Shown here piece by piece: positions 24,708 to 38,927 of a DNA stretch of 64,000 nucleotides (positions are counted from its first letter, which is position 1; every line of letters begins with the position of its first letter). Position numbers and translations under genes: made by a program. The notes below the pieces were generated by a model, which was given only the letters and a program-made list of their open reading frames with translations, did no database searches and was not told the origin of the DNA. Source of the DNA: Auanema rhodensis (Eukaryota > Animalia > Nematoda). The DNA lies in the NCBI GenBank assembly GCA_964057225.1, contig OZ059899.1:15686001-15750000 (forward strand), written 5' to 3'.

Positions 24708-25838
24708 CTTTGAAAAAGGAACAAAATTATAATAATAGAAAAACAAATTATATTCATTACAACTAGTTTTCTTTCTTTTTCAATTTTTTTCAAATAAAAA
24801 AGTTCATTATAATTTTTATATTAAAATATTATTTTGAACTATATTAGAAATAAATGAAATATCATATTATGAATATATAAATCTCTTCTCTTTTTCATAT
24901 TTTATCTTTTAAAATTCGAAAGTTTCAAAGTTTTTTTTTTGTTTTTTTTTTTAAATATTAATTATAATAATTTTTTGTTGTTTGTTGTTGTTCTGTGCTT
25001 TTGATGTTGATGTTGTTGTTGATGTTGTTGTTGATGTTAATATGTTAATTTAAAGCTTATATCGCTTGAGCATATGTTGTAATAACCTATGCGTTAAGCG
25101 TGGCTACCATATCATCAATAGTCTATCATTTTATATTTTTTTATTTATACTATATGCATAATTCTCATTACATATAGTTAATGAGTTTTAATCATTTTTA
25201 TTTTTTGAATTTCTCAACTTCAAGCTGAAAATACATAGAATCTAGCAAAATCTATTAGAATAGAGCATAATTTTTTCAATTTAACTATATTTGTAACTAA
25301 ACTTATTTTATTTTTCAACAAGAAAAAACAATTTTATTATATTTTTATTCGTATTTGCGCTGAAAACTCTTTTTATCATTTTTCTGCTAAAAAGCTTGGT
25401 CAGTAAAAGCTTTGCACAACGAAGTGAGTAACTCTTGATACTACATGGCACTGTCTCACGTTCACGTTAATCTCTCTCTCTCTCTCTCCTCTCTCTCCCT
25501 CTTGGTGATATATACATAGATTTGAATTACTACCTTTTTCCATTTTCCAATTTAGTTAATCTCCCTTCTTTCTTCTCAAATATATATATATATATATATT
25601 TGAAGCCAGCAGTGTTACCATGGTAACATGTATACACACACACACACATGTATATCCGACGTACACACACACTATCCACAATATTGGAGACAAGAGAATG
25701 GATTATTATCTTTAATTTATTGTTCTTTATAACTATATCATATCATATATTTATATTTTTGATCTTTTCCATCTTTTCCCTAATTTTTCGTTTCATTTTC
25801 TTGTTCCTGCTCCCGCCCCTTCTTTCCTCCTTTTTTCC

Positions 25839-25882
<44 letters not shown>

Positions 25883-26748
25883 CTTTCTTTCTCTTCTAAT
25901 ATTTTTCTTCGATTTTCTTTTTAAACTGATCTTATGTGTTCAATGAAGTAGTAAAAAATGATTATTATGCTTTAACCACAACAACTTTCTTCATATCCCA
26001 TGCTCATCTCATTACTGATCCCGTTTTTTGGTCAATTTTCGGTTTTTTCACAAATATTCTTTCAAGAGTTCATTTATATATGCTTCTGTTGTTTCTATTT
26101 TTTTCAAATCTACATTTTGGAATACCTTACCAACTTTTTAATTCAAGCTTTATCTTCATGTTGCTCCCCCCTCTCTCTCTCTCTATCTCTCTCCCTCTTT
26201 CTCGATAACCAAAGCTCAACACTGTACTCTCATATTCTATCACACTTCACTTCATAACCATACATATCTCAATACAAAGCTTCTCCAAGCTTCAAACACA
26301 TCTCGCACACGCTATGCATCCGTCCGTTTATAGCCACTGACTGCCTCGTGACATAGCTAGATTAAGGGAATTTCATTGGCGGAAAAGCTGAGTAGCGAGA
26401 AGTCAATACCATGTCACAATCATGGCCTATTGGCTTACGATTCGAAATTCCTCAAGTAATCAGATTGTTCCCTCAATCAATCGTCCGGCACCGAAAAAAT
26501 ATTTTTTTCCTCTTTGTTTTACATTTCGTTGTTTCATTTGGCTGCCAGCCAAAAGCCTAATTCTGATTTTGTTTCGTGGATGTGGTACAGACATGAAATG
26601 TAGTTTTAAATTTTAAATAAACATCTTTTTCATTTTTAATCTTTTTTTAATTATTTTTCAAAATCAAAAATAGTTTCTATAGTTATGTATAGTACACTTT
26701 AACTTGTCCTGTCAACAAAAGATTTCTTTTGTTCCTATTCTTTTCCTT

Positions 26749-26796
<48 letters not shown>

Positions 26797-29700
26797 TATC
26801 TATCTACCTCTTTAACTCATTACTCCCCTTTCTCATTCTCCTTCAATCTATTTTCTAATGATTATCCTTTTTTCTCAAGTCTCATTGCTCAACATCAACT
26901 TCTCCAGCTCCTGCTCGTTGTTCAATCTTGTACTCTCCATGAGAAATTCAGAATATTACTTGAGAATTGTGGTGATCGAAAACAAAAAAAAATGAAATTT
27001 TCATAGAACAAACTTCTATGTAACTTCTAGTATTGGCTCTTAATTAACTCATCTCTTATACATATTCTCAAACCACAAACTCTACTCTACCCTAGACTAA
27101 CTAAATCAATTTTCGTGAAAACATGAGGCGGAAAAAAGATTTCTCACCTCTTGTCATACATATGTGTCTCAGTCACGTATGAAATTGAAGTTTTCAATTT
27201 TACGAATTGCCCCTCAAATCACTCATCGATGTCATGATGTAGCCAAATCGCCACATCTGATGCTTCTTCCTCCATCAAGCTTACAACAACGACAAGTTGT
27301 GTGAAACAGTTTACTGTTGTTTCCCATTTCTTGTCTTTCAAATACCACGAAGTAGAAGTTGAAGTAGATGAAGATGATTGTCCTTGACGTCGAGAAGATC
27401 ATCGTCATCATTGGCGTTGTCGTCAATTAGGATGAGTTACATGCAAAAACCTGTTGGTCATCTTCAGATTCTCATTTCATCAATAACGTTGTCGTCTATT
27501 TATGGTCAATATAGCATATTTCATATGTTATTTTCAATTTTTCACCTATTCAATATATTATTTTCTAGTTTTTTTGTCAAAATAATGCGTAAATATCTTT
27601 TTTTTAGTCAAAACAAACACAACAAAAGTTAATGTAAAAGAGAAAGTAGTATGATATACGGAGATATAAATGTTTTAATATTGTTAATGGAATGCCAAAG
27701 GGTTCATTTCTTTCAGAAAACTCCCTATTATTAAAAAGTTCAATTCTCTTAACCTATTTCTAGTCTATTATTGCGATTAGAAAGATTTTCCTCTTCTTGT
27801 TGACGGTTAATTCTTGATCGTCTTTTCCTGTCTCTAGATACTTTTATAATAAAAACAAATAAGAAAACACTCTCTTTCTCTCCCTCTCTCTCCCTCTCTC
27901 TTTCTCGTTCTCCCTCTCCCCCCCCTCTTTCTCTATCTATGAATAACAACTTAAGCTGATCTCTCTTAAGAAAAATGTCATTTTCTTACTTCTTTTAACA
28001 ATATTATACGTCTATTTGTAGATAGCAAATATCTAATCTGATTGACTATTTCATCATTCAATAGACTTCGCCGTCATCATCATATTCCTATTCATGTTTA
28101 TCCATAATTTCATGATGAAGACCGGTATCAACAGCATACCTTCTTACTTGACGGATCATCCGTATTAGCATTTTGACAATTACCTGAACAGCATCTTTTT
28201 CCTTATGTGAATCAGTATTATAATCGTCACTAACACTGAAATTTTGATCTTAACGATCTTGTATCCACTTCCCTTTCTTCTTCACGTTTCTTCTCCCGGG
28301 TTAGTTATTCCATGTTATAAGTCGTTGATGGTTTTCCATTTCATCATTCTTACCACAATTTCAATATAGATTTGAGTTCAAATGTTATATTATCATTGAT
28401 TTGTAAATCATTTCTTACTTTTTTCTGACTTTTTCGCGCGCTCTCTCTCTCTCCTTCCCTCATTCCCAATTTTAATTTTCAAACTAGAAATGATTAAGAT
28501 ATTCTCTTTTATTCTCTGAAACTCTTATAACTTTATGAAACATTTTATGCTTTCTCTCTCTCTCTCTTTCTCTCTCCCTCTCTCTTTTGCTCTCACTACC
28601 TCTATATTCATAAAACTCACTGTTTCTATTTCCGTTAAAAGTGAACGGGTTTCCGGTTTGCTTAGACGAATTGTAAAGACGTCGTATGAATTGGCTAACC
28701 AGGTATAAGACTATGTGTATAAAGGAAAATACTATGTATACGACTAACTATGTAATATATGGTTGTTTTCTAATTCATTCAGTCACTTATTCAGTCCTAT
28801 GCTCAGTCTTACGACTCTCCTACTCTCTAACAGATGCTTTTTCTCTTTTTCAACTGAATCACTTCCTCTTTCGTAAATAATCATCTTTCCGTTGAAAAAA
28901 CGGACAAATACGCTTCTCCTTGAATTGGCTTGTGCACAAGTAGATGCATTTACTTACATTATTGAGTGGTTCACGTAAATTTAGTTTTTTTTACGAGGAA
29001 GTTAATTATTACGTGCAATATTCCACGTAAATAACGTGAACCTACATAAATCTCATTTCATTTGTAAAAACAGTTCAGAGCGGTTGTATACTATATCTCG
29101 TTCAGCTATAATTTTCACTTCATGAACATAAACCAAATGATATCTCTTTCTTGAAACATACATAATATGGGCACAGTATTGAATGGCTTCATCAAATTCC
29201 CATTTATGTTTGTGACATCACACATCATTCTTACGGCTTCTCAATTAAATGTTTTGTTGCCACATTAAAGATCAGATGATTACAGGCATGTTGATGTTAT
29301 CCATGCTCTGTCCACCTCGATGAACTTCGAATGATCATTGACACTCACACACCCGTTTGTTTCCATTTTCTGATTTCATCATTTCTAATGACGTTATCAC
29401 CTAACAACTGAATCTATATTTCCATGAATATCTCAATTCAAACGAACAAACAGTTTCTTTATGTCTTGACGTCGAACTTATTTTGAACATTTCATAAGCA
29501 TATTCTTATACAAAACCGGCGTAAGTTCAATAATCAACAATCTACATGTATGTTTACATATTTTGATTTTGAAAAATAGACCTTTTTGATTTCATATAGC
29601 TAAGAAATTAATAAATTGTTCTTTTCATCAATAAAAATGATTTTATAAAACTATGTTCGCTAAAGCTTAATGTAAATTGCCACCATGAAACAGCTCATTG

Positions 29701-30369
29701 TGCTGTTTTCAGAAATATATTGTCAAATCCTGTCCTGTCAAAAGCATGGTTGTACGTGTTTGCTGTAACTTACTTAAAGCTTCGTTCATGCAACCTAGTC
29801 TGCTATCTACTTTCTCTTCACTCATCAGCACACTAGCATCACTGCTTGAGAACTTTAATGCTTTATCTAAGCTATAAGAGCTTATCCATACTTGCTATTG
29901 TATTCTTATATTTGTTTCGTAATCTATGTATATCCATCAACCTATTTCCATTTTCTCATGCTTTTATCATTTTTTTTCTTCATTTCCTTCTGTTTCATTA
30001 TAGTTTATTCAAAATAATTTATTAATCTATGCTTGATTATTATTTTTTTGTATTTAATTTATATGTATCAATAGAATATTTGGATATATTTATTGAATAG
30101 TTATCTCTCTCTCTCTCTCTCTCTCTCTTTTTCTGTGTATTTATTGATTTATCTTAACTATATATATATATTTACTATTTTATGCTACAGTATTGATATA
30201 GAAGCATTTCATCATTTGTATTTACCAATATTTTCCCCTTTATACCTTCTTTCATAGTTTTTTCAATGTTACTCTTAATGCAGAGAGCAAAGTTTTGAAT
30301 CGTAAGATTTTAGTGTGGATAATACAAATTTTGTATTTTGGTGTTTTTGATTTTTTTGAAAAAGAAAAA

Positions 30370-30414
<45 letters not shown>

Positions 30415-30598
30415 AAGAGAGAGAGAGAGAGGGAGATGGAAAAGACGGTGAGGGTTAGAATCTGAAAGCAGAAAAAAAAAGATTTTTCCCATTAGATATG
30501 TGGTTCGCTCAGGCCTCGTTAAAGCTCAACTGAAATAGAAAGAACAACATGTCCGGAGGCTACATAGCTGTAAATCTATGATGAGAGGGAAGAAATAC

Positions 30599-30630
<32 letters not shown>

Positions 30631-31279
30631 TGAGAGGAAGAGGGTAGAGAGGACTACAGCTGAAGAGAGAAGAACAAAATGAGGCAAAATCTAGATAGGA
30701 TTTGGAGCAAAAAAAAAAGAAAAAGAAAACACGAAACAGACGAGGACATTGGTTATTGAAGCTTGTGTATGTGAGACGAACTGGTATTCATAGGCTCTGA
30801 TATTTTCTTTTTTCGATGTTGTTTACAACGGTTTATATTCGTGTTTCACTCCTGTTACAAAATTTAATTTTGCACAATCTATATTGGCATCCAAAAAAAA
30901 AAGAAAAAACGAGATTTATCAGTTTAGAATCATCAGTTTTACTGAATTTCAATGTTATTTCGTATACATCATTGAGCTTCTAACTATTTTCTTTGAAGCT
31001 TTTTTGCTTCTTTTATGTGATTTGAGATATAATACAATCCTACTTTCTAGTCTTCTACCCTCTTTCCCTATTTCCAACCATCTATTTTCCTTTTACTTCT
31101 CAACTCTAAGGAAATTCTCCATAAATTAAATTTTTTTTTGATATTTGGGGCTAAATTCAAGACTTTTGAAATCAATATTTTGATTTTCAAATGAACCTAT
31201 GCAGTTACTGTGTCGTTATCTTTATTATTTTTATTATTAAGTCCCTCTATCTCTCTTTCTCCCTCTCTCTCTGCATCTC

Positions 31280-31345
<66 letters not shown>

Positions 31346-33237
31346 CCTTTCTTATATCTCATCAGTGTTATGATTATGATTTTTCTTTCTTTTTTTTCTG
31401 AAACGACTGAGTTTTGCTTGTTATGCTCATCCTAAAATGTTTCCACTCAAGTAAACTATTGGCTGTTTTCTACCAAACGAAACTGAAGCCTTGCTCATAC
31501 TTACGGAAACATACCTTTCCTTCCTCTACTTCATCCACGAGAACCTGCTCCCTTCTCTTCAAAACGATTTTTAAATATTCATGTTGTTCTTTTTTTATTT
31601 CTCTCTTTCTCTCATCCTCTCTCTCTCATTCTCTCTCTCATCCTCCCTCTCTCTCTCTCTTGAGGCTATCACTCTCATTTTTCATTTTTGTCCCTTTATG
31701 TGATATATGAATATCCTCTATAAATAGTTTATTTATTATTTTGATGTTAAGCATAATTCTCTCGTTCTCTACCATCAATGCTCTTCCCCCCTCTCCCACT
31801 CTCTAAATCGTTTTTTTTTTCAAATTTTTTCCTCTAAATCCCTCTCCTTTACCTTGTTCTACTTTTATTTAAACTTTTTATTTCATTCTGTTATCTTTTG
31901 ATCTTTTTTTAGATACTTAATTCTACTATTAACTATATGTATAGTATAGATTTTTGTTTTTTTTTACCATTCAAGTCATATCATCTAGGTTTAGTTTCAG
32001 TTTTCAGTACAGTTTATTTCGTCTTTTAGCAGCATATTCTGGTTCGTTTACTCGATAATTTCGTTCTATGCATAGTTTTGAACATTGTTTTGCGATTGAA
32101 GTTAGATTCTCTACACCCTTTACCAGTTACCAATTCTTCTCTTCCCCCCCCCTCCCCATAACACTACTCATACGCCTTCTTTCTCCCTCTTTCTCTCTCT
32201 CTCTCTCTCTTTATAGTTGAAATGCTTTTGATTCAACTCACTAACTCTTGCATTTCATCAAAGATCATCCTAATATTGCTGAGTCATAAGATCCTCTTAT
32301 TCTTCCAAACATTCAAATATGCCAAAGAGCATTACATCATACATGAATGCCCATATGCTGCTATTTCGAACTTTCTTCTTCCTCAACTTCTCATCTTATC
32401 CTTTTAAGCATTTTCGAAACAATCCATACAAACCTACATCAACATCTTCTTCCCATAATAGATCATACTTTTAGCTTCTTCTCAGATCCATCAATGTCAT
32501 TTCTCTTATTGAATTCTTCTCCGCCCCCCCCCCCATCTCCTTTTCTTCTATGTACGGTATACTGTTGTTCTTCGTCCATCAACATCATCATCATTCGTCA
32601 TATCATTGTCTATTTTTAGGATTTTCCTCTGTGTTGCTTGCTTCATCTTCGTACCTTTTATAACCAAAAGCTGTCATTTTTTTTATTTTTCTTTCAACTT
32701 AAAACATCTCGTATGTATACAGTTTCTGGTATTCTTCACACATTAGTTACTATTCATGAAGTGAATTCTTATTGAAATCCTTCATGTTACAACTCATTCT
32801 CTGATCATTCTTAGAGGTTCAAACTCTATAATAGAATCTAATCTTTGTATAATCCTCTTACTTTTCTATACTATTTCCTAGCATTCAAATTCATTTTCAC
32901 CAAATCATTTCTTTCTTCTTCGATTCTACTAAGTTAACGGAATTTCATTTTCATTTTTCTATCGTCATTTCTATTCTGATTCTGATGAATTTGATAAATG
33001 ATCACTCGTTCTAAACTTAGAAATGGGTGATCAACATTCCAAATACATAAATATAGAATAGCTAGAGTGGATATGATAAACATAGAGAGAGAGAGAGAGA
33101 ATACGAAAGACAGGGAGGATGAGGAAATAGTACTTCCTGAACATCATTGGTTCAATAAGATGATACAATTTTTTCTGGAAACTGATCGTTGATTTCAGCA
33201 TAATCAAATGATAAGTTAATTAGAAAAGAATAGAGAG

Positions 33238-33284
<47 letters not shown>

Positions 33285-33907
33285 GAGAGAGAGTTTTTCT
33301 AAATATGAATCCGTGTCCAAATATTGAATGAAAGAAGGAGGTAAAATCAAATAAGCAATAGGCTTCCTTTTCTATTAATTAAAATATATTTTCTATTTTT
33401 AAATTTGAAAGAATATTATTTTTTTTCGAAATTCATATAATATTCTTAAAATTTTCAATATTGAAATGTCATCAGATTAACATTTGTCATCAAATCTTAT
33501 ACATAGTATATCGTATTGGCTTAAGTTTTTCTTTCAAAAAAATGTTTTTTCAATTGATTTTTGATAGAAAAATGTGATGATTGAAGTAAGTTAATCTAGA
33601 ATCTAGATATATCTCAAAAACTTCAATAAAGCTTATCCGATTATCTAGTATAGATGCAACTTCAAATAAGGTTCCAACTTATTTACTGAAAGTAAAACTT
33701 AAAGCTCAGATTTTACTTCTATGTAGAATATTTCAATGAATTCTTTATTTCTATTTTTAACTATATAAGAATAGTTAATATAGAATTAGATAGATATCTA
33801 GCTATGTATAAATAGCAAAGTTTGTGATTTGGATTACCTATGACATGCAATGTGCATAAATGGAATTGATTGCCGAAAAATAGGATAGCCAACTTCACTG
33901 AGGCTAT

Positions 33908-33956
<49 letters not shown>

Positions 33957-34330
33957 GGTTACTGCCCTCATTTCATATATCTTATAACAAATGTATAATA
34001 ATAATAGTTAAAAGGTAAAATAAATAAGTAAAACAAATATTTCCTGTTTTTTCATCTTTTGTGGGAAAGCAATTTACGACTTTTCATGGCTTGTTTGATT
34101 ACAAGTTTAGTCATATTCATTTATTGTTTTCTTCTTTCAATACTATTTTCTCTCTCTCTCTCTTTATCTTTCTCTCTCTCTCTGCAAGTCTTCTTGCTCT
34201 CGTTAGCTCTCTCAATCTCATTCTATTTTCATCTTAACTTATTTATATTGACATGAAGGTATTGATCTCAGGTTAAAACTGTATATATTAGCTTGTGATT
34301 AATCTTCTTTTGTTCTTTACAATCATAAGA

Positions 34331-34361
<31 letters not shown>

Positions 34362-35278
34362 GATATACACACTCTCTCCTACTTCCTATTCCTTATATTC
34401 ATCCTCTTACCACCTTTTACCTTTTCATTCAATACACTGTTCTATCTTCTTTACCTCTTCTCTGCATCATCATCCTCATCATCATCACTCCTTTTCAGTT
34501 CTCATCCTCCCATTTACCACACCTACATCTCTCAGTTCCTCTCTTTCTCTCTCCTTCCACAACCTTTTTGTGTGTTTACCTCGTTAAGCTTCGGTCATTG
34601 GATGAAGGAAAGTATTTACCTGTGTCATCATTTCAGTTGTCATTGCATGTAGATCACAGCCAGCTCCTACGCTTTGTATTCGCCTCCTCTGTCTCTCCCT
34701 CCCGCCTCACTCATCACCTCTAGCCATCACAGTCATTGTCGTCGACCTTTCGGATATTCCGTGTACTTTCCTCTTATACCGTTATCCCAAAGGCTGTATC
34801 TCACTATGTATTCATCCATCTATACCTTTGCTATATTCTCCTTTCTCTGCTTTTTTCATATTCGACCAACCTTCTCGTTCAATGTTTTGTGTTCTTCTTC
34901 TTCTGTACTTTTTTCCGTTTTGTGCCTTCATCGCTTGTCACGCACGATCGTGGGTCTCCGCTCTTTCTATGAGCATAGAGAGAGAGAGAGAGAGATGGGG
35001 GGGGGGGACAGAGAGAATAAGTGCGAATGAAGTAAAACACGTCTTGTACATCCAGATGTTTTTATTGTAAATTCGTGTACTGCCCACCCCATTCTACAAA
35101 ATCCAATCGACCAATTCATATAATTTTTCTGATTTTTCGTTCAAAAAACATTTTTTCATTCCAATAAGAGCATAAGCTGAGCACATAGTTCTTCGTTATT
35201 TTCGCTCAAAACCGGCATATATCCATGTATGTTCTAACTTTCTTGCATAGCTCGTTCACCTTCAATAACTTCGTCGTC

Positions 35279-35311
<33 letters not shown>

Positions 35312-35672
35312 TATTCTATTTCCTTACTATTACTCCTTCAAACATCTCACGTCTTCATATGTTTTCGTTTTCTTTTATTTCTACAATTCCTTGTCATATG
35401 CTTTTCAAAATATCTGTTATTGGTATAGAGTATAGAGAGGTAATAGAGTCTGATTCTCATTCCTTCTCTCTTCACACACCGTTCCCTTTTCTCCTTTTCT
35501 CGAATTTCTATTCACCTAAACGCCAATACAAACGTTTTCGATCAATATTTATGAAAATCTTATTAATTTTCTAATCTTTTCAGATCAATTTCCCCTTGTT
35601 CTGATAATAACTGATTCAATATCAGAAAGATATTATATGCTGTTTATGAGCGTTAACCTCATTCCTTTCAGT

Positions 35673-35710
<38 letters not shown>

Positions 35711-36107
35711 ACTTCATTATCACTTTCAATATAATCAAATTATAATTGAGGCTATATCATTCAAATCAAATCAATAAAAATCTTTGTCAACACAATGTGT
35801 TCTCCGTACTCCTGCTGTCAGACGTTTTTCCTTCGTTTCGGCTTTTCTTTTCGTTTACCAAAAAAGTTGTTGAAACGGCGATTAAGCGTGTAAACGACCT
35901 TTTGCTTCGAAACCTTATTTCAAGTGTCTTCTCTCTCTCTATCTATGTGTTTCTTTTTTTATTTCCTTTACTCCTTTTCTGTCTATTGCTACTTCAAATG
36001 AAAGAAATATTTGAAATTTTGAACAGCACAATCCTTCATCTTTTTTCCTTTTTTTTTCTTTAATTTCATATGAAAGATCTTCTGTTATGAATGTAATTTC
36101 ATATTTT

Positions 36108-36143
<36 letters not shown>

Positions 36144-37820
36144 CATTCCAATATATCAACATCGTCTAAAAAGTCATCACCATTTCAACCTAGAGTACGA
36201 CTTTCGATCTAAGCAGCTTAGAATCCGTTGCTTGCTCTACCAGACTAAGTTTCCTTTTTTTCGGCCAAAAAACAAAGTTTCATTTGGAAAAGCTTGAATG
36301 TGTTAAAGCTTTGAATAGCTTTTCCTTCTTTGGAAAGCTTCAATGACCGAATTATCTTTCTTTTTCTTTTTTTTGTGTCATTTCTTTATTTCAAAATCTT
36401 AAAGAATATATATGTCTTTATGTCTTTTTCACTTCCACCAACCCCCCCTCTCTCTCTCTCTCTCGCTTTTTCCATTAATCGTCCTTTACTGTCTTCTCAA
36501 TCTATCTTTGACTACCTCAGATATTCGTAGGCATAAAGAATCTAGCCTAGTTGTTTCTAATTGAATAGCGTCCTCAATTGAATCCAAAAAGAAGATGTCG
36601 TAGCATGTAGATAGAAGGTGAGGGGGGGGGGGGGGCGGGAAGAGATCTTGCTTAAAGCTGCTTGGTTTCTTTCTTTTACAATCATATTGCTTGAGGGAAA
36701 ATAAAATATATAACAGTGTTTCATGTGAATAGAATGGACAGTTAGCCTAGATGCTAGATGCTTCTTCAGCTTATTCAACTGTTCGTCCGTTGTCGTCGTA
36801 AATTGAAATATGGCTATTTCAATCCAGATTTGTTGAATCTGCCTGACATTATGTTTCAAAGAATTGCTGAAATGGTGATGTTGGATCAAAGTTCTTTTGA
36901 AGTAGAATGCAAAAGGGGCAGTAGTGAAAATGAGATAAGTGAGGGAGGAGACGTTTGCAGCAGCTTCAATCATGGCCATCGGCATTGGAAATTATCTTTT
37001 TAGCCAGTTTGAAGCTAACTATGATCTGACAATGTTGTAGTTGATGATGTGCTGTTGATGTGTGTCATCATCATGAACATTCTTCATCCTTGTCTCACTA
37101 CTAACCAGAGTATAGTCTGTAAGGCTTTGATATCTGAAGTGATGGCATAGAAGCTTAAAGCTTGAAGTCGCTTATGATCTACCAAAGTATTCTAGAAAAC
37201 TAGCAACTTAATACATCTAGTTGAACGATAGAACGAAGAGAGAGAGAGAAATGTTGTATATGTCTACTGAAAGCCGTACACGTGAGCATGATCCAGAAAC
37301 AACATCTGATCTGCCATATTGCTCTTTCTGTTGTTGCTTATTGCTATTTCTTCTGCCTATGTTGATGTAGTCAGTCAAATAGCATACAAATAGCTTGATT
37401 CTCAACTTGCTCACTCGAGCAGTTACTCAAAGGAAGCGCTCTTAGCAACATACAGCATAACACACGTGTATACGTGAATACGATACCCACATATCTCACA
37501 TATCATTATGCTCTTCCTGAGTTATGATATCATCTTCAACATCTATCATCATGTTGTCAAACTCACCTTTGCTCTTCTCTTCTCTCCAGTTATCTCTATT
37601 TCTCTATCTGTCTCTCTCTTAAGTCCATATGTTCCTTAGCTTATATTCTTTTTTCTTTTCAGTCTCTTAACTGCATTCTATCTACTATTACAGCAATACT
37701 TTCGTTCACTTCCCCTATTTTCTAAAACATATATCTTGTTGGCAATTCGTTTTTCTTTTTTCTACTTCGTTCTCAAGTCAACTTTCTTTTATCTTATCTT
37801 TATATTTTTTAGTTCATCTC

Positions 37821-37870
<50 letters not shown>

Positions 37871-38831
37871 AATACGATAGTATATCTCACTATCTTCTAA
37901 TCTCTCATTAGTTGAACAATATATTTTATTCTCTCGTACACAACTCACTTCATCCTTCTCTTCCTATCTCTCTCTCTCTCTTTCTCTTTCTCTCTTTCTC
38001 TCTTTATTTCTTCCTTCATTCATTATTCTTCTTTTCATTTAATGTCTTCACTCTATTCCTCAATTGCTCTCAAAAATTTGTGTTGAAACGTGTGAGTGTG
38101 AGATGTGCATCCAGCATTTCATTCAAATTCTTGGTCAAACTTTCCCGCCTGATTCGCATAATTCAAGCTATTCTTTCTCTCTCTTATGCTAATTACTCGA
38201 AGACAAACTTCTAGAAACTTACAGCTTGAAATCTCAAAGAATTTCCGTTTTATCTTTCTTTTCTATTTTTCCTCTCAGCTTTGTTTCATTTCATTCAACA
38301 TATCTAACATGCAACCGATTACCATTCGCTTAAACAAAATAAAAAAAACATTTCACGTGGCATTTACGTCATTTCACGTGAGCTGCCACGTGCAATATCG
38401 TTTTAAGCCAAATGTTAGGATGTGTTGTCTTAATTATACTGTATAGTCTACATATTCCTGTTATTTGTCCAAATCTCATAATCAAAAGAAAACTATAATT
38501 AGGAATAATTAGTAGGAGACGCGATGTTTGCTTCTGATAAACTTGTCGATTAAACATGTCACAAACTTTATCATTCAATCATGTCAATGTATGTTTCATA
38601 TTAATTTTATATTGATTGTCAAAGTTTAGTTTTCATAAAGCATTGTAAGGTTTTAATAAAATAAATAAATAGAAAGGAAAACAGAACTTATCGGCCATTT
38701 CTCTATATCACCTCATCTATAATGGATGATGAAAGATTGATCGAACTGCTCTTTTTTTTTGTTGTCTTATGCTTCTCCTACACTTCACAACACACAAACA
38801 CCTTATCCTGCTACATACACACAAACGCTCG

Positions 38832-38836
<5 letters not shown>

Positions 38837-38925
<89 letters not shown>
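38837..38925. repeat. (CT)n microsatellite, representative of dozens of (CT)n/(AG)n tracts in 1-45 kb
   Basis: Directly visible; other long tracts at ~2771-2853, 12826-12948, 22703-22786, 24595-24703, 31285-31341, 33241-33292. Confidence 0.98.

Positions 38926-38927
<2 letters not shown>

Noticed and set aside
34652-34666. ATCACAGCCAGCT resembling miR-2
   Set aside because: Match ends after 13 nt and no complementary hairpin arm is nearby.
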